From Mobula hypostoma (Eukaryota), in contig NC_086108.1 of assembly GCF_963921235.1 (NCBI RefSeq), positions 116,562,001 through 116,626,000 of the forward strand: a stretch of 64,000 bases of DNA, written 5' to 3'. Position 1 is the stretch's first letter, and each line of letters begins with the position of its first letter. The notes under the pieces are model-generated. The model was not told where the DNA came from. It searched no databases and was given only the letters and a program-made list of their open reading frames with translations. The translations under genes were made by a program, and so were the position numbers. This document shows positions 11,601 to 24,257 of the stretch, one piece after another.

Positions 11601-12786
11601 CAGGAAACAGAGAGTGGGAATAAAGGGATCCTATTCTGGCTGGCTGCCAGTTACCAGTGGTGTTCCACAGGGATCAGTGTTGGGGCCGCTTCTTTTTACA
11701 TTGTACATCAACGATTTGGATTATGGAATAGATGGCTTTGTGGCTAAGTTTGCTGATGATACGAAGATAGGTGGAGAAGATAGGTAGTGCTGAGGAAACG
11801 GAGAGTCTGCAGAGAGACATGGATAGATTGGAAGAATGGGCAAAGAAGTCGCAAATGAAATACAATGTTGGATAGTGTATGGTTATGCACTTTGGCAGAA
11901 GAAATAAACGGGCAGACTATTATTTAAATGGGGAAAGAATTCAAAGTTCTGAGATGCAACGGGACTTGGGAGTCCTCGTGCAGGATACCTTTAAGGTTAA
12001 CCTCCAGGTTGAGTCGGTGGTGAAGAAGGCGAATGCAATGTTGGCATTCATTTCTAAAGGAATAGAGTATAGGAGCAGGGATGTGATGTTGAGGCTCTAT
12101 AAGGCACTGATGAGACCTCACTTGGAGTACTGTGGGCAGTTTTGGTCTCCTTATTTAAGAAAGGATGTGCTGACGTTGGAGAAGGTACAGAGAAGATTCA
12201 CTAGAATGATTCCGGGAATGAGAGGGTTAACATATGAGGAACGTTTGTCCGCTCTTGGACTGTATTCCTTGGAGTTTAGAAGAATGAGGGGAGACCTCAT
12301 AGAAACATTTCAAATCTTGAAAGGCATAGACAGAGTGGATGTGGCAAAGTTGTTTCCCATGATGGGGGAGTCTAGTACGAGAGGGCATGACTTAAGGATT
12401 GCGGGGCACCCATTCAGAACAGAAATGTGAAGAAATTTTTTTAGTCAGAGGGTGGTGAATCTATGGAATTTGTTGCCACAGGCAGCAGTGGAGGCCAAGT
12501 CATTGGGTGTATTTAAGGCAGAGATTGATAGGTATCTGAGTAGCCAGGGAATCAAAGGTTATGGTGAGAAGGCGGGGGAGTGGGACTAAATGGGAGAATG
12601 GATCAGCTCATGATAAAATGGCGGAGCAGACTCGATGGGCCGAATGGCCGACTTCTGCTCCTTTGTCTTATTGTCTTATGGTCTTATGGTCACTCAACAG
12701 AACAAGGGAAACCGGAAAACCTGGAATAAGGAACGATGGACCGGACCGTGAACCGGAATGCAGAGTTCTAGAACCGGACCATGACA
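8602..12786 (-). mobile_element. Solo LTR (~1.1 kb net, probably Ty3/Gypsy-type), split by a CR1 insertion at 9590-12691
   Basis: TGTCAT...ATGACA termini. 5-bp TSD TGGGG (8597-8601, 12787-12791); removing the insert restores CR1 GCTATTGGGGAGAGTTTAAAC. TATA-like CATAAATAG on the minus strand near 9545-9553. Internal ~146-bp duplication (8826/8972). Confidence 0.8.
9590..12691 (+). mobile_element. CR1 LINE, nearly complete ORF2 with a few stops/frameshifts
   Basis: ORF 9799-11580 (YLNARSIRNK, APE, RT to LDFQKAFDKVPH) and ORF 11879-12430. (GGTCTTAT)n tail. Confidence 0.96.
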
Positions 12787-12791
12787 TGGGG

Positions 12792-13361
12792 AGAGTTTAA
12801 ACCAGGATTTCTGGTGGGTCGGAACCAAACTGAAGAGACAGAGGAAGAGGCAGGTGGCTCACAAATAGAGAAAGCTGAGAGGGAGATAGGCAGGTGTTAG
12901 AGAAGGGACGAGCTCAGACTGATGGTTTGAGATGTGTCTATTTTAATACAAGAATATCATGAACAAAGTGGCTAAGCGTAGAACACGGATCAATACTAAG
13001 TGCTAAGATGTGGTGGCCATTACAGAGACTTGGATGGCTCAGGGGCAGGAATGGTTACTTCAAGTGCCAGGCTTTAGATGTTTCAATAAGGACAGGGAGG
13101 GAGGCAAAAGAGGTGGGGCATGGCACTGTTGATCAGAGATAGTGTCATGGCTGCAGAAAAGGAGGAAGTCATGGAGGGAATGTTTACTGAGTCTCTGTGG
13201 GTGGAAGTTAGGAATAGGAAGGGGCAATAACTCCACTGTGTGTTTTTTATAGACCACCCAATAGTAACGGGGACATCGAAGAGCAGATAGGGAGACAGAT
13301 TCTGGAAAGGTGTAACAATACCAGGGTTGTCGTGGTGGGAGATTTTAATTTTGCCAATATT
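12792..13361 (+). mobile_element. Full-length CR1, piece 2: end of ORF1 / start of ORF2 APE
   Basis: Continues from 8601 across the LTR. Degraded APE motifs up to GGAGATTTTAATTTTGCCAATAT (GDFN). Confidence 0.85.
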
Positions 13362-16300
13362 AGAATATAGAACATAGAAACATAGAAAACCTACAGCACA
13401 ATACAGGCCCTTCGGCCCACAAAGCTGTGCCAAACATGTCCTTACCTTAGAACTACCTAGGCTTACACACAGCCCTCTATTTTACTAAGCTCCATGTACC
13501 TCTCCAGGAGCCTCTTAAACGACCCTGTCGTCTCCACCTCCACTGCCGACACCGGCAGCCCATCCCATGAACTCACAACTCTCTGCATAAAAAACTTACC
13601 ACTGACATCTCTGTACCAACTTCCAAGCACCTAAAAACAATGCCCTCTCATGTTAGCCATTTCAACCCTGGAATAAAGCCTCTGACTATGCACACGATCA
13701 ATGCCTCTCATTATCTAGTACACCTCTATCAGGTCACCTCTCATCCTCCATCGCTCCAAGGAAAAAGGCCAAGTTGACTCAACTTGTTCTCATAAGGCAT
13801 GCTCCCCAATCCAGGCAACATCCTTGTAAATCTCCTCTGCACCCTTTCTATGGTTTCCACATACTTCCTGTAGTGAGGTGACCAGAACTGAGCACGGTAC
13901 TCCAAGTGGGGTCTGAGCAGGGTCCTATATAGCTGTAACTTTACCTCTCACCTATTAAACTCAGTCCCATGGTTGATGAAGGCCAATGCACCGTATGCTT
14001 TCTTAACCACAGAGTCAACCTATGTGGCAACTTTGAGTGTCCTATGGACTCGGACCCCAAGATCCCTCTGATCCTCCACACTGCCAAGAGTCTTACCATT
14101 AATGCTATATTCTGACATCATATTTGACCTTCCAAAATGAACCACCTCACACTTATCTGGGTTAAACTCCATCTGCCACTTCTCAGCCCAGTTTTACATC
14201 CTATCAATGTCCCGCTGCAAACTCTGACAGCCCTCCACACTATTCACAGCACCCCCAACCTTTGTGTAATCAACAAATTTACTAACCCATTTCCTCAACC
14301 AGGTCATTTATAAAGATCATGAAGAGTTCGGGTACCAGAACAGATCCCTGAGGCACACCACTGGTCACCGACCTCCATGCAGAACATAACCCATCTACAA
14401 CCCCTCTTTGCCTTCTGTGGGCAAACCAGTTCTGGATCCACAAAGCAATGTCCTCTTGGATCCCATGCCACCTTACTTTCTCAATAAGCCTTGCATGGGG
14501 TATCTTATCAAACGCCTTGCTAAAATCCATATACACTACATCTATGGCTCTACCTTAAACAATCTGTTTAGTCATATCCTCAAAAAATTCAATCAGGCTT
14601 GTAAGACACAACCTGCCTTTCACAAAGCGATGCTGACTGTTCCTAATTATATTATGTCTCTCCAAATGTTCATAAATCCTGCTTCTCAGGGTCGTCCCCA
14701 TCAACTTACCAACCATTGAAGTAAGACTCACTAGCCTATAATTTCCTGGGCTATCTCTACTCCGTTTCTTGAATAATGGAACACCATCTGCAACCCTCAT
14801 ATCCTCTGGAACCTCTCCCATCCTCACTGATGATGCAAAGATCATTGCCAGAGGCTCAGCAATCTCCTCCCTCGCCTCCCACAGTAGCCTGGGGTACATC
14901 TCATCTGGTTCCAGTGACTTATCCAACTTGAAGCTTTCCAAATTCTCCAGCACATCCTCTTCTTTAGTACCTATATGCTCAAGCTTTTCAGTCCGCTGCA
15001 AATCATTCTTGCAATCGCCAAGATCCTTTACCGTAGTGAATACTGAAGTAAAGTATTCATTATGTACCTCTCCTATCTCCTCCAATTCCATACACACTTT
15101 TCCACTGTCACACTTGATTGGTCCTATTCTCTAACGTCTTATCCTCTTGCTCTTCACATACTTGTAGAATGCCTTGGGGTTTCCTTTAATTCTGTTCGCC
15201 GAGGCCTTCCCATCGCCCTTTCTGGCTCTCCTAATTTCATTCTTAAGCTCCTTCATGCTAGCCTTATAATCTTCTAGATTTCTATCATTACCTGGTTTTT
15301 TGAACCTTTCGTAAGTTTTTCTTTTCTTCTTGATTAGATTTACAACAGCCTTTGTACACCACAGTTACCATACCCTACCGTCCTTTCCCTGTCTCTTTGG
15401 AATGTATCTACGCAGAACCTCACGCAAATATCCCCTGAACATTTGTCACATTTTTTCCGTAAGTTTCCTTGAGAACTTCTGTTTCCAATTTATGCTTCCA
15501 AGTTCCTGCCTGATAGCTTCATATTTCCCCTTAATCCAATTAAACGCTTTCCTAACTTGTCTGTTCCTCTCCCTCTCCAATGCTATGGTAAACGAGATAG
15601 AATTGTGATCACTATCTCCAAAATGCTCTCCCACTGAGAGACCTGACACCTGATCTGATCATTTCCCGATACCAGATCAAGCACAGCCTCTCCTATTGTA
15701 GGCTTATCTACATATTGTGTCAGGAAACCTTCCTGAACACACCTAACAAACTCCACCCCATCTAAACCCCTTGCTCTAGGAGGTGCCAATCAATATTTGG
15801 GAAATTAAAATCTCCCATCACGACAACCCTCTTATTATTACACCTTTCCCTAATCTGTCTCCCTATCTGCTCCTCTATGTCCCTGTTACTACTGGGTGGT
15901 CTGTAAAAAACACCCATTAGAGTTATTGATCACTTCCTGTTCCTAACTTCCACCCGCAGAGACTCTGTAGACAATCCCTCCATGACTTCCTCCTTTTCTG
16001 CAGCCGTGACACTATCTCTGATCAACAGTGCCACGCCCCCACCTCTTCTGCCTCCTTCCCTGTCCTTTCTGAAACATCTAACGTCTGACACTCTAAATAA
16101 CAATTCCTGCCCTTGCACTGTCTAAGTCTTTGTAATGGCCATAACATCATAGCTCCAAGTGCTGATCCATGCTCTAAGCTCATCCACTTTGTTCATAATA
16201 CTCTTCGCATTAAAATAGACACACCTCAAACTATCGGTCTGAGTGCATCCCTTCTCCATCAGCTGCCTATCCTCCCTCTCGCACCATCTCCAAGCTTTCT

Positions 16301-17524
16301 CTACTTGTGAGCCAACTGCCCTTCCTCCGTCACATCAGTTCAGTTCCCACCCCCCAACAATTCTAGTTTAAACTCTCCCCAGTAGCCTTAGCAAACATCC
16401 CTGCCAGGATATTGGTCCCCCTGGGATTCAAGTGCAAACCGTCCTTTTTGTACAGGTCACACCTGCCCCAAAAGAGGTCCCAATGATCCAGAAATCTGAA
16501 TCCCTGCCCCCTGCTCTAATCCCTCAGCCACGCATTTATCCTCCACCTCATTCTATTCCTATACTCACTGTCGCGTGGCACAGACAGTAATCCCGAGATT
16601 ACTACCTTTGATGTCCTGCTTCTCAACTTCCTTCCAAACTCCCTGTAGTCTGTTTTCAGAACCTCCTCCCCTTTCCAGGCTATGTCATTGGTACCAATAT
16701 GTACCACGACCTCTGGCTGTTCTCCCTCCCACTGCAAGATATTGGGGATGTGATCTGAAGCATCCTGGACCCTAGCACCTGGGAGGCAAACTACCATCCA
16801 AGTTTCTTTCCCGCGTCCACAGAATCTCCTGTCTGATCCCCTAACTACAGAATCCCCTATCACTGCTGCCATCCTCTTCCTTTCCCTACTGTTCTGAGCC
16901 ACAGGGCCAGACTCTGTACCAGAGGCACGACCACAGTTGCTTCCCCCAGGTAGGCCGTCACCCCCAACAGTACTCAAACAGGAGTACTTATTGTCAAGGA
17001 GTACAGCCACAGGGATACTCTATAGTGTCTGACTCTTGCCCTTCCCTTTCCTGAGTGTTACACAATTATCTGTCTCCTGAGGCCCCCGTGTGACCACCTG
17101 CCTATAGCTCCGCTCTATCACCTCCTCACTCTCCCTGACCAGATGAAGGTCATCGAGCTGCATCTCCAGTTCCCTAACACAGTCCCTAAGGAGCTGCAGC
17201 TCGACGCACCTGGTGCAGATATGGCCGTCCGGGAGGCTGAGAGTCTCCCAGACATCCCACATGTGACACCGAGCACGGAACACTGATCTCACACACATAC
17301 TTTCTGTCTGTATTCTACACAGATAACCAACCTCTCCTCGACCCTTTATTGCTGATGCCCCGTTGAGCCAAAGTCTTCATACTCTGTCTACCTCCACTCT
17401 GACGCCCGCTTCTTCACCCACTGTATAAATCTGTCTTCTTTTTAATCTCCTCTTGATGTTCTCACTGGCTGACATCCGCACCTTGCGCAGTTGTACCCCA
17501 TTCAAACCGCTGAAGAAATACCCC
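13362..17524 (-). mobile_element. Full-length degraded CR1 (5'UTR, ORF1, ORF2, tail) nested antisense in a related CR1
   Basis: Tail at ~13362-13390. RT pieces 14282-15097, APE 15446-16118. ORF1 esterase 16516-17010 (IGDSVVR, VVHIGTND) and zinc finger 17020-17298. Confidence 0.95.
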
Positions 17525-17668
17525 GAAGAGCACGAATGCAGTCCCCCACTGCCACAAATTTTGCAGTTGAGTACATCGCAGGCGTCAGCACACCCGAGGT
17601 GCAATGGGATGGCCTCCTCCTAGGAGAACTGCTTAATGATCACAGTCTCTCCCCTGCCACGTAAGCAT
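17525..17668 (-). pseudogene. RNU1: U1 snRNA retrocopy fused to the CR1 5' end
   Basis: Reverse complement: ATGCTTACGTGGCAGGGGAGA...TGATCATTAAG...CCATTGCAC...GGGTGTGCTGACGCCTGCGAT...ACTCAACTGCAAAATTTGTGGCAGTGGGGGACTGCATTCGTGCTCTTC. It is collinear with U1: 5' end, 70K loop, U1A loop AUUGCAC, Sm site, stem-loop IV. About 15 nt are deleted in stem-loop III. Confidence 0.93.
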
Positions 17669-19460
17669 TGATTGGTATCTCCCTAGAGCAAGGAGTTTAC
17701 ATGGGGTGGAATTTGTTAGGTGTGTTCAGGAAGGTTTCTTGACACATATATTTAGATAAGCCTACAAGGGGAGAGGCTGTTCTTGATCTGGTATTAGGAA
17801 ATGAACCTGGTCAGGTGTCAGGTCTCTCAGTGGAAGAGCATTTTGGAGTTAGTGATCACAATTCTATCTCCTTTACCATAGCATTGGAGAGGGATAAGAA
17901 CAGACAAGTTAGGAAAGTGTTTAATTGGAGTAAGGGGAAATATGACGCTATCAGGCAGGAACTTGGAAGCATAAATAGGGAATAGATGTTCTCAGGGAAA
18001 TGTACGGCAGAAATATGGCAAATGTTCAGGGGATATTTGCGTGGCGTTCTGCGTGGGTACATTCCAATGAGACAGGGAAAGGATGGTAGGGTACAGGAAC
18101 AATGGTGCACAAAGGCTGTTGTAAATCTAGTCAAGAAGAAATGAAGAGCTTACAAAAGGTTCAAAAAACTAGGTAATGATAGAGATCTAGAAGATTATAA
18201 GGCTAGCATGATGGATCTTAAGAATGAAATTAGGAGAGCCAGAAGGGGCCAGGAGAAGGCCTTGGTGGACATGATTAAGGAAAACCCCAAGGCATTCCAC
18301 AAGATTGTGAAGAGCAAGAGAATAAGACATGAGAGAGTAGGACCAATCAAGTGTGACAGTGGAAAAGTGTCCAAGACCTTGCTTTGTGGATCCAGAACTG
18401 GCTTGCCCACAGAAGGCAAAGAGTGGTTGTAGACGGGTCATATTCTGCATGGAGGTCAGTGACCAGTGGTGTGCTTCAGGGATCTGTTCTGGGACCCCTA
18501 CTCTTCATGGTTTTTATAAATGACCTGGATGAGGAAGTGGAGGGTTAGTAAATTTGCTGATGTCACAAAGGTTGGGGGTGTTGTGGATAGTGTAGAAGGC
18601 TGTCAGAGCTTACAACGGGACATTGATAGGATGCAAAACTGGGCTGAGAAATGGCAGATGGAGCTCAACCCAGATAAGAGTGAGGTGGTTCATTTTGGTA
18701 GGTCAAATATGATGACAGAATATAGTATTAATGGTAAGACTCTTGGCAGTGTGGAGGATCAGAGGGATCTTGGTGTCTGAGTCCATAGGACGCTCAAAGC
18801 ATCTGCTCAGGTTAACTCTGTGGTTAAGAATGCATACAATGCATTGGCCTTCATCAACCATGGGATTGAGCTCAAGAATCGAGAGGTAATGTTGCAGCTA
18901 TATAGGACCCTGGTCAGACCCCACTTGGAGTACTGTGCTCAGTTCTGGTCGCCTCACTACAGGAAGGATGTGGAGACCATAGAAAGGGTGCAGAGGAGAT
19001 TTACAAGGATGTTGCCTGGATTGGGGGGCATGCCTTATGAGCATATGTTGAGTGAACTCAGCCTTTTCTCCTTGGAGTGACAGAGGATGAGAGGTGAGCT
19101 GATAGAGGTGTATAAGACGATGAGAGGTATTGATCATGTAAATAGTCAGAGGCTTTTTCTCAGGGCTGAAATGGCTAACACAAGAGGGCATAGTTTTAAG
19201 GTGCTTGGAAGTAGGTACAGAGGAGATGTCAGGGGTAAGATTTTTATGAAGAGAGTGGTGAGTGTGTGGAATGGGCTGCCTGCGACGATGGTGGAGGCAG
19301 ATACGATAGGCTCTTTTAAGAGGCTGCTGGTCAGGTAAATGGAGCTTAGTAAAATAGGGGGCCATGTGTAACCCTCGGTACCTTATCAGGTAAGGACATG
19401 TTCGGCACAGCATTGTGGGCCGAAGGGCCTGTATTGTGGTGCAGTTTTTCTATGTTTCTA
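17667..19460 (+). mobile_element. Full-length CR1, piece 3: ORF2 remainder with internal deletion near 18370, 3' tail
   Basis: Resumes APE (ATTGATTGG...) from 13361. SDHN, SKFADVTKVGG, LYRTLVRPHLEYCAQFWSP. TTTCTATGTTTCTAT tail. Confidence 0.9.
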
Positions 19461-20501
19461 TCCTTTATTCTCATCCCCAGCCCCACTGTCCGGGCTTCTC
19501 CCCGTAATCAATCTCTGCCTCAAATACACCCAATGACTCGGCCTCCACAGCTGCCTGTGGTAATAATTTCCACATATTCAGCACCCTCTGGCTGGAGAAA
19601 TATCTCCACATCTTTGCTTTAAATGGATGCCCTTCGATCCTGAGGCTGTGCCCTCTTCTCCAAGACTCCCCCGTCATGGGAAACATACTTCCCACATCCA
19701 CTCTGTCCAGCCATTTCAACATTCGAAAGGTTTCAATGAGATCTCCCGCCATCCTTTTATATTCCAGCAAGCACAGACACAGAGCCATCAAACGTTTCTC
19801 GTATGATAACCCTTTCATTCCTGGAATCATCCTCGTGAACCTCCTGTGAGCCCTCTCCAGTGCCGGCACATGAAGAACACAAAACTGTTCACAATCCCCA
19901 AGGTGAGGCCCCACTGGTACCTTATAAAGCCTCAACATCTCAGCCTTGCTCTTGTATTCTTGATCTCCTGAAATGAATGCTAACATTGCATTTGTCTTCC
20001 TCCCCACTGATTCGACTGAAGTTAACCTTTAGGGTGTTCTGCACAAGGATTCCCAAGTCCCTTTGTATCTCAGATTTCATCCGCTGCATTCCTTTATGTA
20101 TCCTACTTGTCATGTCCTCAATGAATTCCAACAGGTTTAGCAGGCAAGATTTTCCCTGAAGAAACCATGCTGACTTTGTCCTATCTTATCCTCTGTCACC
20201 AAGTACTCCATCACCTTATCCTTAACAATTGACTCCAACATCTTCCCAACCACTGAGGTCAGGCTAGAATTTCCTTTCTGCTGCCTTCCTCCTTTCTTAA
20301 AGAATGGAGTGACAGTTGTAATTTTTCAGTCCACTGCAACCATTCCTGAGTAAAATGATTGTTGAAAGTTCATTACTAATGCCTCCACAATCTCTACCTT
20401 AGAGTGCAGTTCATCAGGTCTGGGTGACCTTTAGGTCTTTCAGCTTTTGAGTAGCTTCTGCCTTGTAATAGTAACTGCACTCACTTCTCTTCCCTCACAC
20501 C
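19461..20501 (-). mobile_element. Degraded, internally deleted CR1 (host element, right piece)
   Basis: ORFs 19471-20007 and 19940-20131 have CR1 C-terminal and RT motifs joined across deletions. Confidence 0.88.
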
Positions 20502-21093
20502 CATAAGACCATAAGACAAAGGAGCAGGAGTCATCCATTCGGCCCATTGAGTCTGCTCCGCCATTTTATCATGAGCTGATCCATTCTCCCATTTAGTCCC
20601 ACTCTCCTGCCTTCTCACCATAACCTTTGATGCCCTGGCTACTCAGATACCTATCAATCTCTGCCTTAAATACACCCAATGACTTGGCCTCCACTGCCGC
20701 CCGTGGCAACAAATTCCATAGATTCACCACCATCTGGCTAAAACAATTTCTTCACATTTCTGTTCTGAATGGGTGCCCTTCAATCCTTAAGTCAGGCCCT
20801 CTCGTACTAGACTCCCCCATCATGGGAAACAACTTTGCCACATCCACTCTGTCCATGCCTTTCAACATTCGAAATGTTTCTATGAGGTCTCCCCTCATTC
20901 TTCTAAGCTCCAAGGAATACAGTCCAAGAGTGGACAAACGTTCCTCATATGTTAACCCTCTCATTCTCGGAATCATTCTAGTGAATCTTCTCTGTACCCT
21001 CTCCAACGTCAGCACATCCTTTCTTAAATAAGGAGACCAAAATTGCCCACAGTACTCCAAGTGAGGTCTCACCAGCACCTTATAGAGCCTCAA
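20502..21093 (-). mobile_element. CR1 3' fragment (same subfamily as 9590-12691)
   Basis: CATAAGAC tail. ORF 20752-21093 LYKVLVRPHLEYCGQFWSP. Confidence 0.93.
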
Positions 21094-22938
21094 TGCTCTA
21101 AAATTGGCCTCACTAATGTCTTATACAACCTCACCATAACATCCCGACTCCTATACTCAATACTTTGATTTATGAATGCCAGAATACCAAAAGCCTTCTT
21201 TACAATGCTGTCTACCTGTGATGCCACTTTCAGGGAATTATGCATCTGAACTCCAGGAGCTCTTTGTTCCTCCATACTCCTCAATGCCCTACCATTTACT
21301 GTGTACATCCTACCTTGATTTTTCCTTCCAAAATGCAACACCTCACACTTGTCTGCATTAAATTCCATCTGCCATTTTCTGGCCCATTTTTCCAGTTAGT
21401 CCAGATCCCTCTGCAAGCTTTGAAAGCCTTCCTCGCTATCTATGGAATTGTTGCCACGGGCAGCAGTGGAGGCCAAGTTATTGGGTGTATTTAAGGCAGA
21501 GATTGATAGGTATCTGAGTAGCCAGGGCATCAAAGGTTATGGTGAGAAGGCGGTGCAGTGGGACTAAACAGGATAAAATGGATCAGCTCATGATGAAATG
21601 GCGGAGCAGACTCGATGGGCCGAATGGCCTACATCTGCTCCTTTGTCTTATGATCTTATGGTCTTATCCACAACGCCTCCAGCCTTAGTGTCATCAGCAA
21701 ACTTGCTGATCCAATTTACCACATTATTATCTAGATCATTGATATAGACAACAAACAACAATAGTCCCAGCACAGATCCTTGAGGCACACCACTAGTCAC
21801 AGGCCTCCAGTCTGAGAAGCAATCATCCACTACCACTCTCTGTCTTCTCCCACACAGCCAATTACGAATCCAGTTTACAACCTCTCCATGGATACCAAGT
21901 GTCTGAAACTTCTGAACTAACCTCCCATGTGGGACCTTGTCAAAGGCCTTATTAAAGTCCATGTAGACAATATCCACAGCCTTTCCTTCATCTACTTTCT
22001 TGGTAACCTCCTCGAAAAACTCTACAAGATTCGTTAAACACGATCTACCACGCACGAAGCCATGCTGACTATCCTTAATCAGCCCTTGGCTGTCCAAATA
22101 CTTGTATATCCGATCTCTCAGAATACCTTCCAATAATTTACCTACTACTGATGTCAGGCTCACTGGCCTGTAATTACCTGGTTTACTTTTGGAGCCTTTT
22201 TTAAACAACAGAACAACGTGAGCTACCCTCCAATCCTCCAGCATGGCACCTGTGGCTTAGGACATTTTAAATGTTTCTGCCAGGGCCCCTGCAATTTATA
22301 CACTAGTCTTTCTCAAGGTCCGAGGAAATATCATGTCAGGCCCAGGGGACTTATCTACCTTTATTAGCTGTAAGACAGCAAGTACCTCCTCCTCTTTAAT
22401 CTCTATATGTTCCATGACACTACTGCTTGTTTCCCTTCCTTCCATATACGCAATGCCAGTTTCCTGAGTAAATACTGATGCAAAAAAACTGTTTAATATC
22501 TCCCCCATCTCATGAGGCTCCACACATAGACGACCACTTTGATCTTTTAGGGGACCAATTTTGTCCCTTACTATCCTTTTACCCTTAATATACTTGTAGA
22601 AACCCTTCGGGTTTACCTTCACATTATCTGCCAAAGCAACCTCATGTCTTCTTTTTGCCTTCCTGATTTCCTTCTTTAGTATTTTCTTGCATTTTCTATA
22701 CTCTTCAACTACCTCATTCGTTCCTTGTTGCCTACACCTGCTATACACCTCTCTCTTTTTCTTAACCAGATCACCAATCTCCCTTGAAAACCAATGTTCC
22801 CTATGCCTGTTAACTTTGCCTTTAATCCTGGCAGAAAAATGCAAACTCTGCACTCTCAAAATTTCGCCTTTGAATGCCTTCCACTTACTGAACACATCCT
22901 TGCCAGAAAGTAGTTCATCCCAGTCCACTCTTCCTCAA
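21094..22938 (-). mobile_element. CR1 ORF2 internal fragment, interrupted at 21438-21667
   Basis: ORFs 22296-22928, 21648-22244 ([29 protein letters not shown]) and 21090-21368. Confidence 0.93.
21438..21667 (+). mobile_element. Short CR1 3' end insertion
   Basis: Matches ~12460-12690. (GGTCTTAT)n-type tail. Short TATC duplication at the junctions. Confidence 0.9.
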
Positions 22939-22939
22939 T

Positions 22940-24106
22940 CCCGTGCACAAACACAAAATCACACATGCTCAAACACAATCACATGCACTCTCAAACTCAG
23001 TCTCATACACACTAAAACTCAAACACATCACGATCAAACTCAATCTCGTGCACACTCAAACTCAATCTCATGCACAATCAAACTCAGTCTCGTGCACAAT
23101 CAAACTCAAACTCATCACAATCGAGCCCAAACTTGTGTACACTCAAACTCAAACTCGCACACACTCAAACTCAACCTGTCATGATCAAACAGAAACTTGT
23201 ACTCTCTCAAACTCAGTCTTGCACACTCTCAAACACACACTCAAGCTCAAACTCAAACTCAGACATGTTCAAACTCAATCTTGCACATACTCAAACGCAA
23301 TCACATGCACTCTTAAACTCAAACTCGCCACAAACAAACTCAATTTCATGCACGCTAAAACTTAAACTCATCACGATCAAACTCAATCTTGTACTTTCTC
23401 AAACTCAATCTCGTGCTGTCTCAAAGTCAATCTCGCACACTCAAATTTAATGTCGCGCATCCAAACTCAATCACGCGCACTCTCAAACTCAAACTTGTCA
23501 GTCAAACTGAATCTCGTGCACGCTAAAACTCAAACTCATTGCGATCGAGCTCAAACTTATGCACACTCAAACTCGCACACACTCAAACTCATCACGATCA
23601 AACAGAATCTTGTGCTCTCTCAAACTTAATCTCACACACTCTCAAACACACACTCAAACTCAAACACACACACACTCAAACTCAAACTCGTCACCATCAA
23701 ACTCAATCTTGTGCACTCCGAAACCAAAACTCACGATCAAACTCAATCTTGCGCACACTTAAACTGAAACTCATGCACACTCAAACACAAACTCGCACAC
23801 ACTTAAACTCAAACTTGTGCATTCACAAACTCAAATTCAAACTCGTGCACTCTTAAACTGAAACTCATACACTAACTCAATCTCATAGACGATCAAACTC
23901 AATCTTGTGCACACTCAAACTGAAAATTGCACATGCTCAAACTCAATCTCATGCACTCTCAAACTTAATCTCGTCACGATCAAAGTCATCTCCTGTAATC
24001 AAACTCAACTCGTGTACTGTCAGACTCAAGCTTGTCATGATAAAACTCCTTATCGGGCAATCAAACTCAAACTTGCGCACTTTCAAACTCAAACTCAATC
24101 TTGCAC
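22940..24106. repeat. Degenerate (CTCAAA)n / CACACT-rich simple repeat
   Basis: Recurrent ACTCAAACTCAA, GATCAAACTCAATCT and GCACACTC motifs over ~1.2 kb. Confidence 0.9.
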
Positions 24107-24257
24107 ACATAGAAACATAAAAAAAACTGCAGCACAATACAGGCCCTTCGGCCCACAAAGTTGTGCTGAACATGTCCCTACCTTAGAAATTATTAGGGTT
24201 ACCCATAGCCCTCTATTTTATTAAGCTCCATGTGCATATCCAAAAGTCTCTTAAAAA
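24107..24257 (-). mobile_element. CR1 3' terminal fragment
   Basis: Matches ~13375-13525 (CAGCACAATACAGGCCCTTCGGCCCAC). Confidence 0.88.

Noticed and set aside
17525..17668. Functional U1 gene
   Set aside because: The splice-site-pairing 5' end is mutated (GCTTACGTG), stem-loop III is deleted, and both flanks are CR1 with no room for a PSE or 3' box.
22940..24106. Telomeric repeat or coding repeat
   Set aside because: The unit is CTCAAA-like, not CCCTAA; the ORFs are low-complexity translations.
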